Positions 30,152 to 40,532 of a stretch of 64,000 nucleotides of DNA are shown piece by piece. The DNA comes from Candidatus Kapaibacterium sp. (lineage in GTDB: Bacteria > Bacteroidota > Ignavibacteria > Kapaibacteriales > WFXC01), in assembly GCA_026996895.1 (NCBI GenBank), contig JALWJX010000028.1:678-64677 (forward strand). The letters are read 5' to 3'. Numbering within the stretch: position 1 is the stretch's first letter; each line of letters starts with the position of its first letter. Under the pieces are notes generated by a model. It had not been told where the DNA came from. It made no database searches and saw only the letters and a program-made list of their open reading frames with translations. Both the position numbers and the translations under genes were made by a program.

Positions 30152-33100
30152 TCACCAACTGTATCGATACAACACTTTGATTTCGTATTCACGTTGCTGA
30201 CTGAGCAAAGATTGTGTCTGGACCACACTCCGCCGAATCTGGACGACCAGACCACGGAGCGCTTCAACATTGGTCAAACTCCCCAGAGGAAAGTTAATTT
30301 CAAATGTTGCACGTGCAATATCCCCTACTTCTCCTCCATATTGCCACAACAAGCCTAAGGGAGCTATTTCCCCACGCAGCCGAATTTCCGCTTGCGTCAG
30401 ATCCCAATCCCCAAAGGTTTCCGATTGTCGGAGCACAATGTCAGCACTGCGAATAATACCGGTGCTCTGCAGCACTTCTGTGATAAACTTCGACAAACCA
30501 GAGGAAATGCCCGACGAAAAGATGCTTGCCAACTGCGGATCGCTGCTTCCCTGTTGAAATTCTGCTTTCGTTTTACCGAACAATATCAGAAAAATGCTAT
30601 TTGCCTGCACTTCCTGTGGATCCCCTGTCTGTTCTTCCCCGTTAATGTAGTAGGCAAAGCGTAATTTCGGCGCTTTTTTCGTGCCCTGAATGTAGATGAT
30701 CACCCGGTACGTTTGCACCTCCTGGTCTACAAAACGGCGACCGCGCAACTCTGCTACCAGATCCAGCTCAGGGTTATCAATGCCGGTGCGAAAAGAAATC
30801 CGCCCTTCAGCAGAAAAAATCCGATAAAACTTGTACGTTGATCCCTTGCGGACAATTAACTCACCATAGAACTCCGGCTTGCCCGTGAGCGGGTTGGTCA
30901 TATAATACAACGGCTCCGGAGCTTCTAATTCCGCCACCAGTTGCTCGAAAGGACTGAAGTCCATTGTCACCAGAACGGATGTTCGAAAGTGAATGGTCAG
31001 GAAATAATGGAGTCGATCTAAAAATGAAGGTTGCAAATTCGGTAGCTCCGCTACCGGTTTCGCCGTTGTATCTCCCACCGTCTGGTACAGTTCATCGGGG
31101 CAGTTGCGATCCAATCGCAACCGCTTGCCATTCCGGTACACAATCCGCTCGTAGCAATACGGTTGCTGAAAGTTTTCCATATCCTGCTGTTCGGGGAAAA
31201 ACAGCACCGCTTTCAGTACATCAATTTCTCCGCTCAACGATGGCAACTCTAAGGAACCGGATAATCGCAGTGGAGTGCGAGTTCGGAGGACAAGAGTACC
31301 ATAGAGTGCCGGGTTGACTGCCTGCGTTGCCCGGCTCATTACCAGTAATTTTGCTGTGTGTAACTGGAGATCGAACTGCTTGAGCGAAAAGCTGGGGAGA
31401 AAAACAAAACCGCGAAGCTCTGCTCTGCCATCGGACAGATCCTCTGGCATATTCTGCACATTCAGCGAGCGAATAAAAAGAGTATCCTTGCGAAACGTAA
31501 TTCTTCCCTCGACGCGATATCGAATATTCGTAGCCGGGACGACGAACTGTCCCCGATCAATGTTTGCTTCCCCCCGATACACCAATCGATCCGGCAGATA
31601 TCCGCTAAGCTGAAGCTGGAGTCGCCAGATCCCCGTGAGATCCGCCACAAAGGGAAGAAAAGACTGGAGCAGTGCCAGCGGCATACGCTCAGCAACGATA
31701 CTTGCATACAGCGGGCGCGTTGTATCAACGGCAAACTGCCAGTCCTGAAAATTGATCTGGAGTGGCAATTGCTGCAACACCAATTGCAGCCGTGGCTTTG
31801 CGCGATCCGTCAATACTGCCTCTCCCTGCCAGACCTGGTATTGGTACCGCAGTGTACCGGCAAAAATTCCCAGCCTCTGACGCTGGAAAAAGAGAGTATC
31901 TGTTGCCCATTCAATATAAATCTCCGGTTCTGCAAGCGCGCCCCGTACAACCATCTCACACCGGCGAACCGTGCCCTGCAAGGTACTGAGTAAAGCGGTA
32001 CTATCCAGTCCAAGGATTTGGTGGAACACAGGATGAAATGCCTCATTGGTCACTGTCAGCGTCAGATCAGCCCAATCAGCAAACCGCCAGATTCCCCGAA
32101 CACGAATGCTGTCTCCGTAAATACCGGCAAATTCCACCTGTTCGAATGTTATGGCTGCCGGCGTCAGATACGCCCATACAGGGCGCGTCGCCCCCCACTG
32201 AAGCTGGCGATACCGAATGCTTGCAGTATCTAACTGCACCTGAAGTCGGGCATTCCCCGTAACCACTGTTCCTGCCAGTGCCAGCCGCATAGAATCAGAG
32301 GCAAAAGCCACCGTACCTCCAATGCGAACACTGTCTCCCCAACGGTGAAAAACCGCACTTCCCTGCCAGATATCCAGTTGATTTACGCGCAATCCGTAGG
32401 GTAAACGTGCAACGATATGAACCTGATCCCGGTCAGGCTCCGGGAACAATTGCTGCTGAATGTTTCCCGCTATGGAAAAAATCTGGACGGTATCGCTGGC
32501 TGTGTGGAGATCGAAATTCACAAGCTGGAGTGAATCAACGCGCAGCATGCTTGCCTGTCCAGGATATTGTATCACCCGTCCCGCCAATCCTCCCTGAAAC
32601 CAGAGGGCAAAATCTGGCAGCAACGGCTGCAAGTAGGCAGCATTAAGCAAATGGAGGGAAAAGCGGCAATCCACAGAATCCTGAAACATCCGCTCTGGCT
32701 TTGCAGTGGTATCCGCAAAGAGCTGGACCGACTGAACAAAGTACGCTGCAAGCTCCGTGGAATGGTGCACCAGACTGTGCACCAGAGCTGCCCATCGAAA
32801 TGTTCCATCCAGACGAACGGTTGCAAAGTCAGAGCGCAACGCTACCGACCGCCCCGCAGAACTTCGATCCGACAGCAATTGCAGGGTAAACGGCAGAAAA
32901 CTCCGGTCTTTCCAATCGACGCGATCCACCTGCGCCGTTAATTGCCCAACAAAATCATCCACGGTTGCGCCCTGACCGGCTAAACGCACCTGTGCGGTCA
33001 CCCGAAAAGGCAATGAAGGCAAGAGTTGCTGCAACGCCAGTTGATCCATCTGGAGCGCAACATCATAGCGGGGCGCTGCGGTATCCACGTAGACCCAGCC

Positions 33101-34654
33101 CTGCATCCGTAAGTTGCGTTGCAACGCAGCATCGTGATAAAAAACCAGAGAATCCAGAGACAGCCGTTGATCCCGATATCGAGCAGCGAGCAGCAGTCTC
33201 CCAATCTGCCCGGACTCTACAAAGGAGCGCCGAAGTGTCAACGCCAGCGTTGCCTGACTATTTTCCAGAGTTGTTCCCTGCAGACAACCCTCAATGGTAC
33301 CGGTAAGCCGGGTAGACGGTAACAGTCGCCGACTGAATTGCTGCAAATTAAGCTGCTGGAATTGGAGTCGCACACAGTACCGATGTTTCGCAAGATCATA
33401 CTGCACCTGCCCCTGCACCGGAGCCGCATCGGCTATCGCCTGCACTTCGACTGTCGCCCTGACAGGGGTACCATCGAACTGCAATTGCCGAATGCGCAGT
33501 GAGTCCAGATCCTGAAGCATCGGGGGAAGCGCTACAGGGAAGAACCGGCGAAGATCCGTACGGAAAATGACCGCTGATGCCGCCGCCGTGGTAAAGCGAG
33601 ACTGCTCCAGCGATGTTGCCAGTGTCCCGGCACCCCGGAGCTGAAGGAAACTGCTGCCAGCAGCAAGCCTGAACCGCCGAATTGCTATGCGCCGATTCTG
33701 AAGGTCGCCCACTGCCTGGAGATATACCGAACCTTCACCGGGAGGCAGTTGGGGTAGAAACAGCCGAAACTCTTCCATCCGGAGAGAGTCCGCTTCCACT
33801 GACCATCGGGCAGCAAGTGCATCCTGATCGCCTGCAATGAAAGCCTGGAGGCTATCAGTCTGGATATTCAGACGGACTGACGAACCAGCGCTTTGCACCA
33901 TCGCATTGAAAATTTCCAGTGCATCTCCGGCTTTGCGCACGGTTCCCGTCGCATTGTGAAGTCGAAAGGAAGAGAATCGATCAACGAAAGCAAACTGTTT
34001 GAGAAACACTGTGATCGTCGTACCATCGGTGCTGCCAGCCAGTTGTGCTTGCAATGCCAGACTATCCAGTTGCAACCGATCTACTAAGAACCGATCAGCA
34101 GGAGCGTGTAACCAGCGTTCGTCGATGTGCACCAATTGACCGCTGCGGATTTCCAGTTGGTCGATCCGGTAAGACCAGGGAGTAGCCGTCGATACAGTCG
34201 TATCCGGTCGCACAAGGCGCTGATAATTCCACCACTGCTTCTCCCGACGGCGGTAGAGATACACTTTCGGCTGATCGATCAGCAGTTTCGAGATCTCAAG
34301 GTGCCGCCGAAGCACCGTCTCGATATTGTAGTCAATGCGGATCCGAGGAATAAAGGCAAGCGTATCTCCATCGACGACCAGCAGGACATTCTCCAGGCTC
34401 AATGTATTCCACAATGTACCGCCAACGTCTCCGATGTGGAAGGTAGCACCGGGCAAGAGCATCCGGTTAATCGAGCTTTCGATTGTGCGCAGCACCAGGG
34501 AGCGGACCGGAGGAAGCTGAAACAATCCGATCACGCCTACCGGGAACAGCAGCAGAAGCAATACGATACCCCCAACAATTCGTCGGAATGACCATCGAGA
34601 TCGCCGGCTGCCCGGTGATGGCTGTGCTGATGCTGAGGACTGCTGCTCCGACAT
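30152..34654 (-). CDS. tamB: Translocation and assembly module protein TamB (DUF490/AsmA-like)
   Basis: 1500 aa. N-terminal signal-anchor (IVGGIVLLLLLFPVGVIGLF), long beta-rich repetitive body and C-terminal DUF490-like region. Confidence 0.8.
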   Translation of the reverse strand: MSEQQSSASAQPSPGSRRSRWSFRRIVGGIVLLLLLFPVGVIGLFQLPPVRSLVLRTIESSINRMLLPGATFHIGDVGGTLWNTLSLENVLLVVDGDTLAFIPRIRIDYNIETVLRRHLEISKLLIDQPKVYLYRRREKQWWNYQRLVRPDTTVSTATPWSYRIDQLEIRSGQLVHIDERWLHAPADRFLVDRLQLDSLALQAQLAGSTDGTTITVFLKQFAFVDRFSSFRLHNATGTVRKAGDALEIFNAMVQSAGSSVRLNIQTDSLQAFIAGDQDALAARWSVEADSLRMEEFRLFLPQLPPGEGSVYLQAVGDLQNRRIAIRRFRLAAGSSFLQLRGAGTLATSLEQSRFTTAAASAVIFRTDLRRFFPVALPPMLQDLDSLRIRQLQFDGTPVRATVEVQAIADAAPVQGQVQYDLAKHRYCVRLQFQQLNLQQFSRRLLPSTRLTGTIEGCLQGTTLENSQATLALTLRRSFVESGQIGRLLLAARYRDQRLSLDSLVFYHDAALQRNLRMQGWVYVDTAAPRYDVALQMDQLALQQLLPSLPFRVTAQVRLAGQGATVDDFVGQLTAQVDRVDWKDRSFLPFTLQLLSDRSSAGRSVALRSDFATVRLDGTFRWAALVHSLVHHSTELAAYFVQSVQLFADTTAKPERMFQDSVDCRFSLHLLNAAYLQPLLPDFALWFQGGLAGRVIQYPGQASMLRVDSLQLVNFDLHTASDTVQIFSIAGNIQQQLFPEPDRDQVHIVARLPYGLRVNQLDIWQGSAVFHRWGDSVRIGGTVAFASDSMRLALAGTVVTGNARLQVQLDTASIRYRQLQWGATRPVWAYLTPAAITFEQVEFAGIYGDSIRVRGIWRFADWADLTLTVTNEAFHPVFHQILGLDSTALLSTLQGTVRRCEMVVRGALAEPEIYIEWATDTLFFQRQRLGIFAGTLRYQYQVWQGEAVLTDRAKPRLQLVLQQLPLQINFQDWQFAVDTTRPLYASIVAERMPLALLQSFLPFVADLTGIWRLQLQLSGYLPDRLVYRGEANIDRGQFVVPATNIRYRVEGRITFRKDTLFIRSLNVQNMPEDLSDGRAELRGFVFLPSFSLKQFDLQLHTAKLLVMSRATQAVNPALYGTLVLRTRTPLRLSGSLELPSLSGEIDVLKAVLFFPEQQDMENFQQPYCYERIVYRNGKRLRLDRNCPDELYQTVGDTTAKPVAELPNLQPSFLDRLHYFLTIHFRTSVLVTMDFSPFEQLVAELEAPEPLYYMTNPLTGKPEFYGELIVRKGSTYKFYRIFSAEGRISFRTGIDNPELDLVAELRGRRFVDQEVQTYRVIIYIQGTKKAPKLRFAYYINGEEQTGDPQEVQANSIFLILFGKTKAEFQQGSSDPQLASIFSSGISSGLSKFITEVLQSTGIIRSADIVLRQSETFGDWDLTQAEIRLRGEIAPLGLLWQYGGEVGDIARATFEINFPLGSLTNVEALRGLVVQIRRSVVQTQSLLSQQREYEIKVLYRYSW

Positions 34655-34717
34655 TCAGACCGCTACCCCGCTACTTTCTGCCCATCAGGGCTCAGTGACG
34701 CATAGCTGCCGCCTGTG

Positions 34718-35752
34718 TTACAACTGCAACGCCGAAGAATTTTCCAGAAACAGGGTCATCAAAGCAATAGCTGCTTCAATGTCCTCTTGATGCGCTGTTT
34801 CCACGGCACTGTGGGTGTAGCGAGTTGGGATCGAAATAGTACAGACCGGAATCCCTTCCCGACTGCGCTGCATACCACCGGCATCTGTTCCACCGCGGGG
34901 CAATACTTCCATCTGGTAAGGAATGTTGTTTTCCTCCGCCAGTTGGCGGAAGAAATGCACCAGCCGCTGATCAGAGATCGAATAGGAATCCAGCACTTTA
35001 ATAGCAACGCCTTCACCCAGCCGCGTGCAATAATCTTTTTCCTCCATCCCGGGAATATCTGCCGCAATGGTAATATCGATCGCTATCCCAATGTCAGGTT
35101 CCAGTCCAAAGGCAGCCGTTTGCGCGCCCCGTAGTCCTACTTCCTCCTGAACAGTCGCTACTGCATAAATATCATCCGCTGACGCCTGAAAACGCCGGAA
35201 TGCTTCGATCATCACATACAAACCGACACGATCATCTAAGGTTTTGGAAGTCACACACTGCCCTAAGGGGATAAACTCCCGCTCCAGCGTAATCATATCC
35301 CCAACCTGTACCAACTGGCGCACTTCTTCACCGGGCAAGCCGACATCGACAAACAAATCGGATAGGGGAATTACCTTACTGCGTTCCTCTGGTGTCGTAA
35401 GATGCGTTGGCTTAATGCCAATCACGCCATCCAGCACTTCCCGACCATAGACTTTCACCCGCTGAGCAACTAAGGTACGCGGATCGAATCCACCAACAGG
35501 ATGGAAATAAATAAACCCTTCTTTGGAAATGTAGCGTACCACAAATCCAATCTCGTCCATATGGGCGGCAATCATAATGGTGCGAGGACTGGGACCACTG
35601 CCTTTCCGAACAGCGAACAGATTGCCCATCTGGTCTTCGAAAAAGTCCTCTGCATACGCACTCAGCTCCTGGCGAATCAACTGCCGCATCTGCTCTTCCC
35701 GCCCCGGAATGCCGGGAGTGCGGCATAATCTGGCTAACAATTCCAAAGACAT
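34718..35752 (-). CDS. M42 family aminopeptidase (FrvX/CelM-like)
   Basis: Start MSLELLARLCRTPGIPGRE. Metal-binding His/Asp/Glu pattern of M42 peptidases (AHMDEIGF..., EEVGLRGA). Confidence 0.85.
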   Translation of the reverse strand: MSLELLARLCRTPGIPGREEQMRQLIRQELSAYAEDFFEDQMGNLFAVRKGSGPSPRTIMIAAHMDEIGFVVRYISKEGFIYFHPVGGFDPRTLVAQRVKVYGREVLDGVIGIKPTHLTTPEERSKVIPLSDLFVDVGLPGEEVRQLVQVGDMITLEREFIPLGQCVTSKTLDDRVGLYVMIEAFRRFQASADDIYAVATVQEEVGLRGAQTAAFGLEPDIGIAIDITIAADIPGMEEKDYCTRLGEGVAIKVLDSYSISDQRLVHFFRQLAEENNIPYQMEVLPRGGTDAGGMQRSREGIPVCTISIPTRYTHSAVETAHQEDIEAAIALMTLFLENSSALQL

Positions 35753-35768
35753 TGTGCACAATCCAGAT

Positions 35769-36332
35769 TTATGATACAGCGAATTTTTCCAGTTCAGCAG
35801 CGGTAAAGAGTGCTCGCAGGCGCAAATGCGCCTTTCCAAGATGTTCAATTGCCACCGCTTCACCCCGGTTGATAACGCACAGCACCACTTCGACCGATGC
35901 GCCTGCTTCTCGAAGTGCCGAAACACTTTCCACCACCTGGCCCCCGGTGGTCACAACATCTTCCAGCACCACGACGTTTTTGCCTGCCACTGCCGCTCCT
36001 TCGGCGATGCGCTGCGTTCCATACGGCTTTGGCTGCTTTCGCACAAATGCAGCCGGAATGCCAGTATACAGCGACAGCGCCGTCGCCAAAGGGATCCCTC
36101 CCATTTCCAGTCCAGCAATAACTTCTGCTCCTGCGGGCAGGAATGCCGACAGATGTTCTGCAATCGCTGCTAACAACACGGGCTGGCTTTCAAACTGATA
36201 CTTGTCAAAATATTCCCGGCTGATTTGACCCGAACGCAGTTTGAATTGGCCAGTCAAATGCGCAACACGATAAATGGCGCGTGCTAAATCCGTTCGGTGC
36301 ATCGAATCCTCAGCGGCTTCCTTCGTTTCCAA
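35769..36332 (-). CDS. pyrE: Orotate phosphoribosyltransferase (short type) / type I phosphoribosyltransferase
   Basis: N-terminal FKLRSGQISREYFDKYQF (the orotate-binding hood of short OPRTs) and the PRPP-binding motif VVVLEDVVTTGGQ. Alternative start MHRTDL at 36302. Confidence 0.65.
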   Translation of the reverse strand: METKEAAEDSMHRTDLARAIYRVAHLTGQFKLRSGQISREYFDKYQFESQPVLLAAIAEHLSAFLPAGAEVIAGLEMGGIPLATALSLYTGIPAAFVRKQPKPYGTQRIAEGAAVAGKNVVVLEDVVTTGGQVVESVSALREAGASVEVVLCVINRGEAVAIEHLGKAHLRLRALFTAAELEKFAVS

Positions 36333-36406
36333 AACTGCAAATATACAGTTTTCCTCTTCGATCTACGTTTGCGTGCTTCGGTGAGATGAAGGGAACAAAG
36401 CTCACA

Positions 36407-37213
36407 ATGAAAATTTGCACGTACAACGTAAACTCTATTCGCGCACGCTCCGAGCTGGTAATGCGATGGTTAGAAAAACGCAACGCCGATCTGGACGTAC
36501 TCTGTTTGCAGGAACTGAAAGTTGTCGATGAACTCTTCCCTCATTCTCTGTTCCAGCCGGCTGGTTACCACTGCTACCCGTTCGGTCAGAAAACATACAA
36601 CGGGGTTGCCATCTGTACCCGACATCCTTTAACGACCGTTCACTATGGGTTTGGAGACCCCCGGTGGGATGAGCAGAAACGGTTAATGTGGGGGACAACC
36701 GAAATGTTCACCATCGTCAATGTGTACGCACCACACGGCGACGTTCGAGGAACGGAAAAATACTTCTACAAACTCCGATGGTATGAGCGATTTCGGGACT
36801 TTTTGAACACCACCTTCAATCCGGATCAACCACTGGTCGTCGTCGGCGACTTCAACGTTGCTCTGGAGGACAAAGATGTGTATGATCCGGATGCGCTTCG
36901 AGACACTATTGGCACAATGCCTGAAGAGCGAGAAGCGCTGCGCTCCATTCTGGAGTGGGGCTTGATCGACACTTTCCGTTTTCTTTACCCCGATCAACAG
37001 CAATTCACTTGGTGGGATTATATTGGCGGTGCGATCTGGAAGAATGCGGGAATGCGAATTGACTACATCCTTTGCTCCCGACCGCTGCTGCCCGCCCTCC
37101 AGGACGTTGAGGTAGATCTATGGGCACGGCGGCGGCGCAAGCCAACGCCGTCAGACCACGCCCCGGTGATTGCAACTTTTGACTTATCACAAATAAAGAT
37201 GGAGAAGCCATAA
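36407..37213 (+). CDS. xthA: Exodeoxyribonuclease III
   Basis: MKICTYNVNSIRAR...DVLCLQELK is the Xth/APE1 N-terminus and the catalytic residues are conserved. Start at 36407 (268 aa). Confidence 0.9.
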   Translation: MKICTYNVNSIRARSELVMRWLEKRNADLDVLCLQELKVVDELFPHSLFQPAGYHCYPFGQKTYNGVAICTRHPLTTVHYGFGDPRWDEQKRLMWGTTEMFTIVNVYAPHGDVRGTEKYFYKLRWYERFRDFLNTTFNPDQPLVVVGDFNVALEDKDVYDPDALRDTIGTMPEEREALRSILEWGLIDTFRFLYPDQQQFTWWDYIGGAIWKNAGMRIDYILCSRPLLPALQDVEVDLWARRRRKPTPSDHAPVIATFDLSQIKMEKP

Positions 37214-38646
37214 TGCGGCAATGCTACTTTTGGGTAATCGCAGCATTCTTTGTTGTATTCCCGGTAACCGGATGGTCTCAACCGCCGTCCGCAGTGTACC
37301 GGTGGGAAACAGCGCATATCTTCCAGCCGGCAGCGCCATTAAGTGTCTATCAGCAGCGGCGGCAGCGCTTGCTGGAGCAACTGCCCGACTCCGCTTTTGC
37401 CCTTGTGTTCTCTGCCGACATCCGCAATCGTCAGAACGATGTCGATTACGAATACCGACAAAACAGCAATATGCTCTATCTGACCGGCATTCCGCAGCCC
37501 AATGTCACTTTATTGTTGGTGCCGGGAGGTATCGCTATTGACACAACAAGCAACTTGCGAGTCTCTGCCGTTGTCTTTGTTCCGCCCCGCAAGCCGCATG
37601 CAGAGTTATGGACAGGGGTCAGGCTGGGTCCGGAGGAAATCTCGGAGATCTACGGGATTCCAGCCCTGCCGGACTCCCTGTACAGTCCTGTGATTCGGCG
37701 ACTACTGCAAGAACGCACGGCAGTATACCTTGATAAATCGCCAACGCCCTTTCTAAATGATCCTCTGTTTCAGCGCCGCATTTACCTGCGACGGGAGTGG
37801 CGGAAAATTCTGAAAAAGCGGTATCCCCATATCCGCCTTCGTTCCCTCCATCCGCTGCTGGCAGCAATGCGGCAAATCAAGGATTCTGTGGAAATTGCGC
37901 TGCTCCGACATGCCGTTGCGATCACAATCGAAGGACACCGGGCAGCAATGCGAGCTGCTGTTCCCGGCATTTACGAATACCAACTGGAAAACGTGATGGA
38001 ATGCACGTTTCGCGATCTGGGGGCAGAAGCGGTGGGATATCCTTCGATCGTGGGGTCTGGACCCAACACCTGCATCCTGCACTACAGCACCAACCGTCGC
38101 AAAACACAGGATGGCGATCTGGTGTTAATGGACTGTGGTGCAGAGTATCAGGGTTATACGGCAGACATCACCCGTACCTTTCCGGTGAATGGTACGTTCT
38201 CACCAGCGCAGCGGGCACTCTATCAGTTAGTCGTCCGAGCTCAGGATTCTGCTTTTGCCCACTGCCAGCCGGGCAAGCCTTTTTCCGCTCCGCACGAAGC
38301 CGCACGGCGGGTTATCACGCAGGGACTTTTAGACCTGGGCATTATCACCGATCCAGAGCAGGTTCGGTGGTATTTCCCTCACTACACCTCGCACTTCCTG
38401 GGACTGGATGTCCACGATGTGAGCGCTTCACGAACTCTGCAACCTGGAATGGTCATCACGGTCGAGCCCGGCATCTATATTCCCGAAGGTAGCCCGTGCG
38501 ACCCGAAATGGTGGAACATTGGCATCCGCATTGAAGATGACGTCCTAATTACCGAATCTGGCCACGAAATCCTTTCTGCTGGCTTAGAACGGACCGTTGA
38601 CGAAATCGAAACATTGATGAGCAAAGATGCAAAAAACACCGATTAA
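37213..38646 (+). CDS. Xaa-Pro aminopeptidase (M24B, PepP-like) with N-terminal signal peptide
   Basis: ATG overlaps the xthA stop (TAATG). Signal peptide MRQCYFWVIAAFFVVFPVTGWSQ. M24B metal ligands are conserved (..LMDCGAEYQGYTADITRT.., HYTSHFLGLDVHD, EPGIY). Confidence 0.85.
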   Translation: MRQCYFWVIAAFFVVFPVTGWSQPPSAVYRWETAHIFQPAAPLSVYQQRRQRLLEQLPDSAFALVFSADIRNRQNDVDYEYRQNSNMLYLTGIPQPNVTLLLVPGGIAIDTTSNLRVSAVVFVPPRKPHAELWTGVRLGPEEISEIYGIPALPDSLYSPVIRRLLQERTAVYLDKSPTPFLNDPLFQRRIYLRREWRKILKKRYPHIRLRSLHPLLAAMRQIKDSVEIALLRHAVAITIEGHRAAMRAAVPGIYEYQLENVMECTFRDLGAEAVGYPSIVGSGPNTCILHYSTNRRKTQDGDLVLMDCGAEYQGYTADITRTFPVNGTFSPAQRALYQLVVRAQDSAFAHCQPGKPFSAPHEAARRVITQGLLDLGIITDPEQVRWYFPHYTSHFLGLDVHDVSASRTLQPGMVITVEPGIYIPEGSPCDPKWWNIGIRIEDDVLITESGHEILSAGLERTVDEIETLMSKDAKNTD

Positions 38647-38697
38647 TCCTGTTAATCCTGCAAATTGCTGTAATTTTGCAGTCCTGTTCACAAAGCA

Positions 38698-39579
38698 ATG
38701 GATACAATGATGCAGAAATGGTGGTTTTTCATCAGCCTATGGCTGCTCACCACGCCGTTTATAGCAGCGCAGATCTATAGTGCATCGGTATGCATCGAAA
38801 ATCCCCGCATCGAAGCAGGGTATTTGAAGTTTGACATTACAGTGCAAAACACTGGCATTCAACCCCTGTATCTGGCAGAGTGTGACTTTGTATGGAAATT
38901 CAACCAGCAATATTTCCAGCCTGTTGGCGGACTGGTATTTCGCGTGCAAAAAGCAGAACGGTATGCGGAGTATCACTTTCTGCCGGAGAACCCACAATAC
39001 AACATCTTAGCACTGGCAATTTCTGCTCCAACGCCGGCTGGTTCTCAGGATCTGGGCGATTTGATCCCCCCCATTCCGCCCCGTGGCAGTTCCATCATTG
39101 GCACAGCGGTTGTCGGCCCCATCTCCGATGTTACGGGGAAAGCCGGGCTGCAGTGGAGCACCATTGAACCATTCCAGACGCTGCTTTCCACCTTCCGTGA
39201 AGATCAGCCCGACCAGATCGAGTTTATCCAGGATGATGCCTTAGAACCCTGCCCTATTCCGGAGATTCGGTTGGAAGGCGGTGGTGGAAGAGGAAATGAA
39301 CCAGCACGACCGACCATCAAAGTTTCTCCCAATCCGATCACCGGTCGCTTCAAAATTGAAACTCCCAAAGAGATGGAATTGACCTTCGCAGGTCCCTTTA
39401 CCGTGTATCTGTACTCCCTCAAAGGTGGCGAAGTGCACCGGTGGGAAAATCAGGAAACCAACGGGCTGGGAGAAATCCATTTGAACTTACCTCCCACCGT
39501 CGCAACGGGAACGTATTTGCTGGAGCTGTGGAAAGACAACAAGCTCATCGGATCGGTTCCGATCGTGGTCAAACGCTGA
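38698..39579 (+). CDS. Secreted hypothetical protein with T9SS C-terminal sorting domain
   Basis: Signal peptide MDTMMQKWWFFISLWLLTTPFIAAQI. The C-terminus (..FTVYLYSLKGGEV....LPPTVATGTYLLELWKDNKLIGSVPIVVKR) is Por_Secre_tail-like. Confidence 0.6.
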   Translation: MDTMMQKWWFFISLWLLTTPFIAAQIYSASVCIENPRIEAGYLKFDITVQNTGIQPLYLAECDFVWKFNQQYFQPVGGLVFRVQKAERYAEYHFLPENPQYNILALAISAPTPAGSQDLGDLIPPIPPRGSSIIGTAVVGPISDVTGKAGLQWSTIEPFQTLLSTFREDQPDQIEFIQDDALEPCPIPEIRLEGGGGRGNEPARPTIKVSPNPITGRFKIETPKEMELTFAGPFTVYLYSLKGGEVHRWENQETNGLGEIHLNLPPTVATGTYLLELWKDNKLIGSVPIVVKR

Positions 39580-39580
39580 T

Positions 39581-39865
39581 ATGAAAGCGCTGAAGGCAGT
39601 AACAATTCGGGTTTACGGTCGAGTACAGGGCGTTGGCTTCCGTTACTTCATTCTGCGTAATGCCCAAGCGTTGGGTTTGCGTGGCTATGTTCGCAATGAG
39701 CCCTCTGGCAACGAAGTGTTTATCTATGCCGAAGGTGAACCAGAAGCAATTGACCGGCTGATCGCCCTCGCCCGTAAAGGACCGCTGGCGGCAAGAGTTG
39801 ATCAAGTGGAAATTGAGGAAGTTTCTCCATCTCACCAGTGGCAGGATTTCCAGGTGGTGTTCTGA
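39581..39865 (+). CDS. acyP: Acylphosphatase
   Basis: 94 aa with the acylphosphatase signatures VxGxVQGVxFR (VYGRVQGVGFRY) and GYVRNEPSGNEVFI. Confidence 0.85.
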   Translation: MKALKAVTIRVYGRVQGVGFRYFILRNAQALGLRGYVRNEPSGNEVFIYAEGEPEAIDRLIALARKGPLAARVDQVEIEEVSPSHQWQDFQVVF

Positions 39866-39977
39866 GAATTTCGCAGGACGCGAAACGAGGACTCAGGCAC
39901 TGGCAACAGTAAACGAAGTAGCGAATCTCTCATTCGCTGATCGACGGGATTTGAAAAGCGGAACGTTGTGGCAGATT

Positions 39978-40367
39978 CTACCGGTCAATGTCTCGTTGGA
40001 ACTGGTAAGGGGAGAAAGGCGGCGGGATCCACAAATGCCGCTCCAGATCGACCCGATTTTCCTCGATAAACCGCACACCTTCCCGGCGCAGCATCGTTTC
40101 CATCCACGCTGGCGTCGGGAAATACCGCCGTCCAGACAATTCCCCCCGTCGGTTCACTACCCGGTGACACGGCAAATCCCATCGTTGCTGTCGGGCTAAA
40201 GCGTTGAGTGCATACCCGACCATCCGGGCAGTAGAACCAGCGCCCAGCGCGCGAGCAATATGCCCGTACGTTGTGACCCTGCCCCGTGGAATTTGGGCCA
40301 CAATTGCATACACACGATGGAAGAAATCGGATTTTTTTATCAATTCCGCTTGCTCTTTCTGCTCCAT
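39978..40367 (-). CDS. MGMT-family (methylated-DNA-protein-cysteine methyltransferase DNA-binding domain) protein
   Basis: 129 aa containing the PCHRVV active-site motif and the HTH region of Ogt/Ada C-terminal domains. There is no N-terminal MGMT domain. Confidence 0.7.
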   Translation of the reverse strand: MEQKEQAELIKKSDFFHRVYAIVAQIPRGRVTTYGHIARALGAGSTARMVGYALNALARQQRWDLPCHRVVNRRGELSGRRYFPTPAWMETMLRREGVRFIEENRVDLERHLWIPPPFSPYQFQRDIDR

Positions 40368-40532
40368 TATCGCTGCTTGGTCAATATTTACTCCAGTACC
40401 TCAGGACATTTCCCGTTCAATTGCCTATCCAGAAATTTTCACCTTTCATCCTGTTGATGCAACGAAACGTAGCATCTATCGGCTGACCTCCCTCCCATCG
40501 GACACTGTTCGAACAGTCCATTGCGCAGTCTC

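Noticed and set aside
35752-36198. 148-aa plus-strand ORF, one of many antisense ORFs inside long genes (for example those within tamB, recQ and the acyl-CoA ligase)
   Set aside because: It lies antisense to the well-supported M42 peptidase and pyrE-like genes. It has biased low-complexity composition typical of GC-rich antisense frames and no RBS.
39866-39977. Small inverted repeats (TTTCGC/GCGAAA and GCGAAT/ATTCGC) between the convergent acyP and MGMT genes as bidirectional terminators
   Set aside because: The stems are short (6 bp) and have no adjacent U-tract on either strand.
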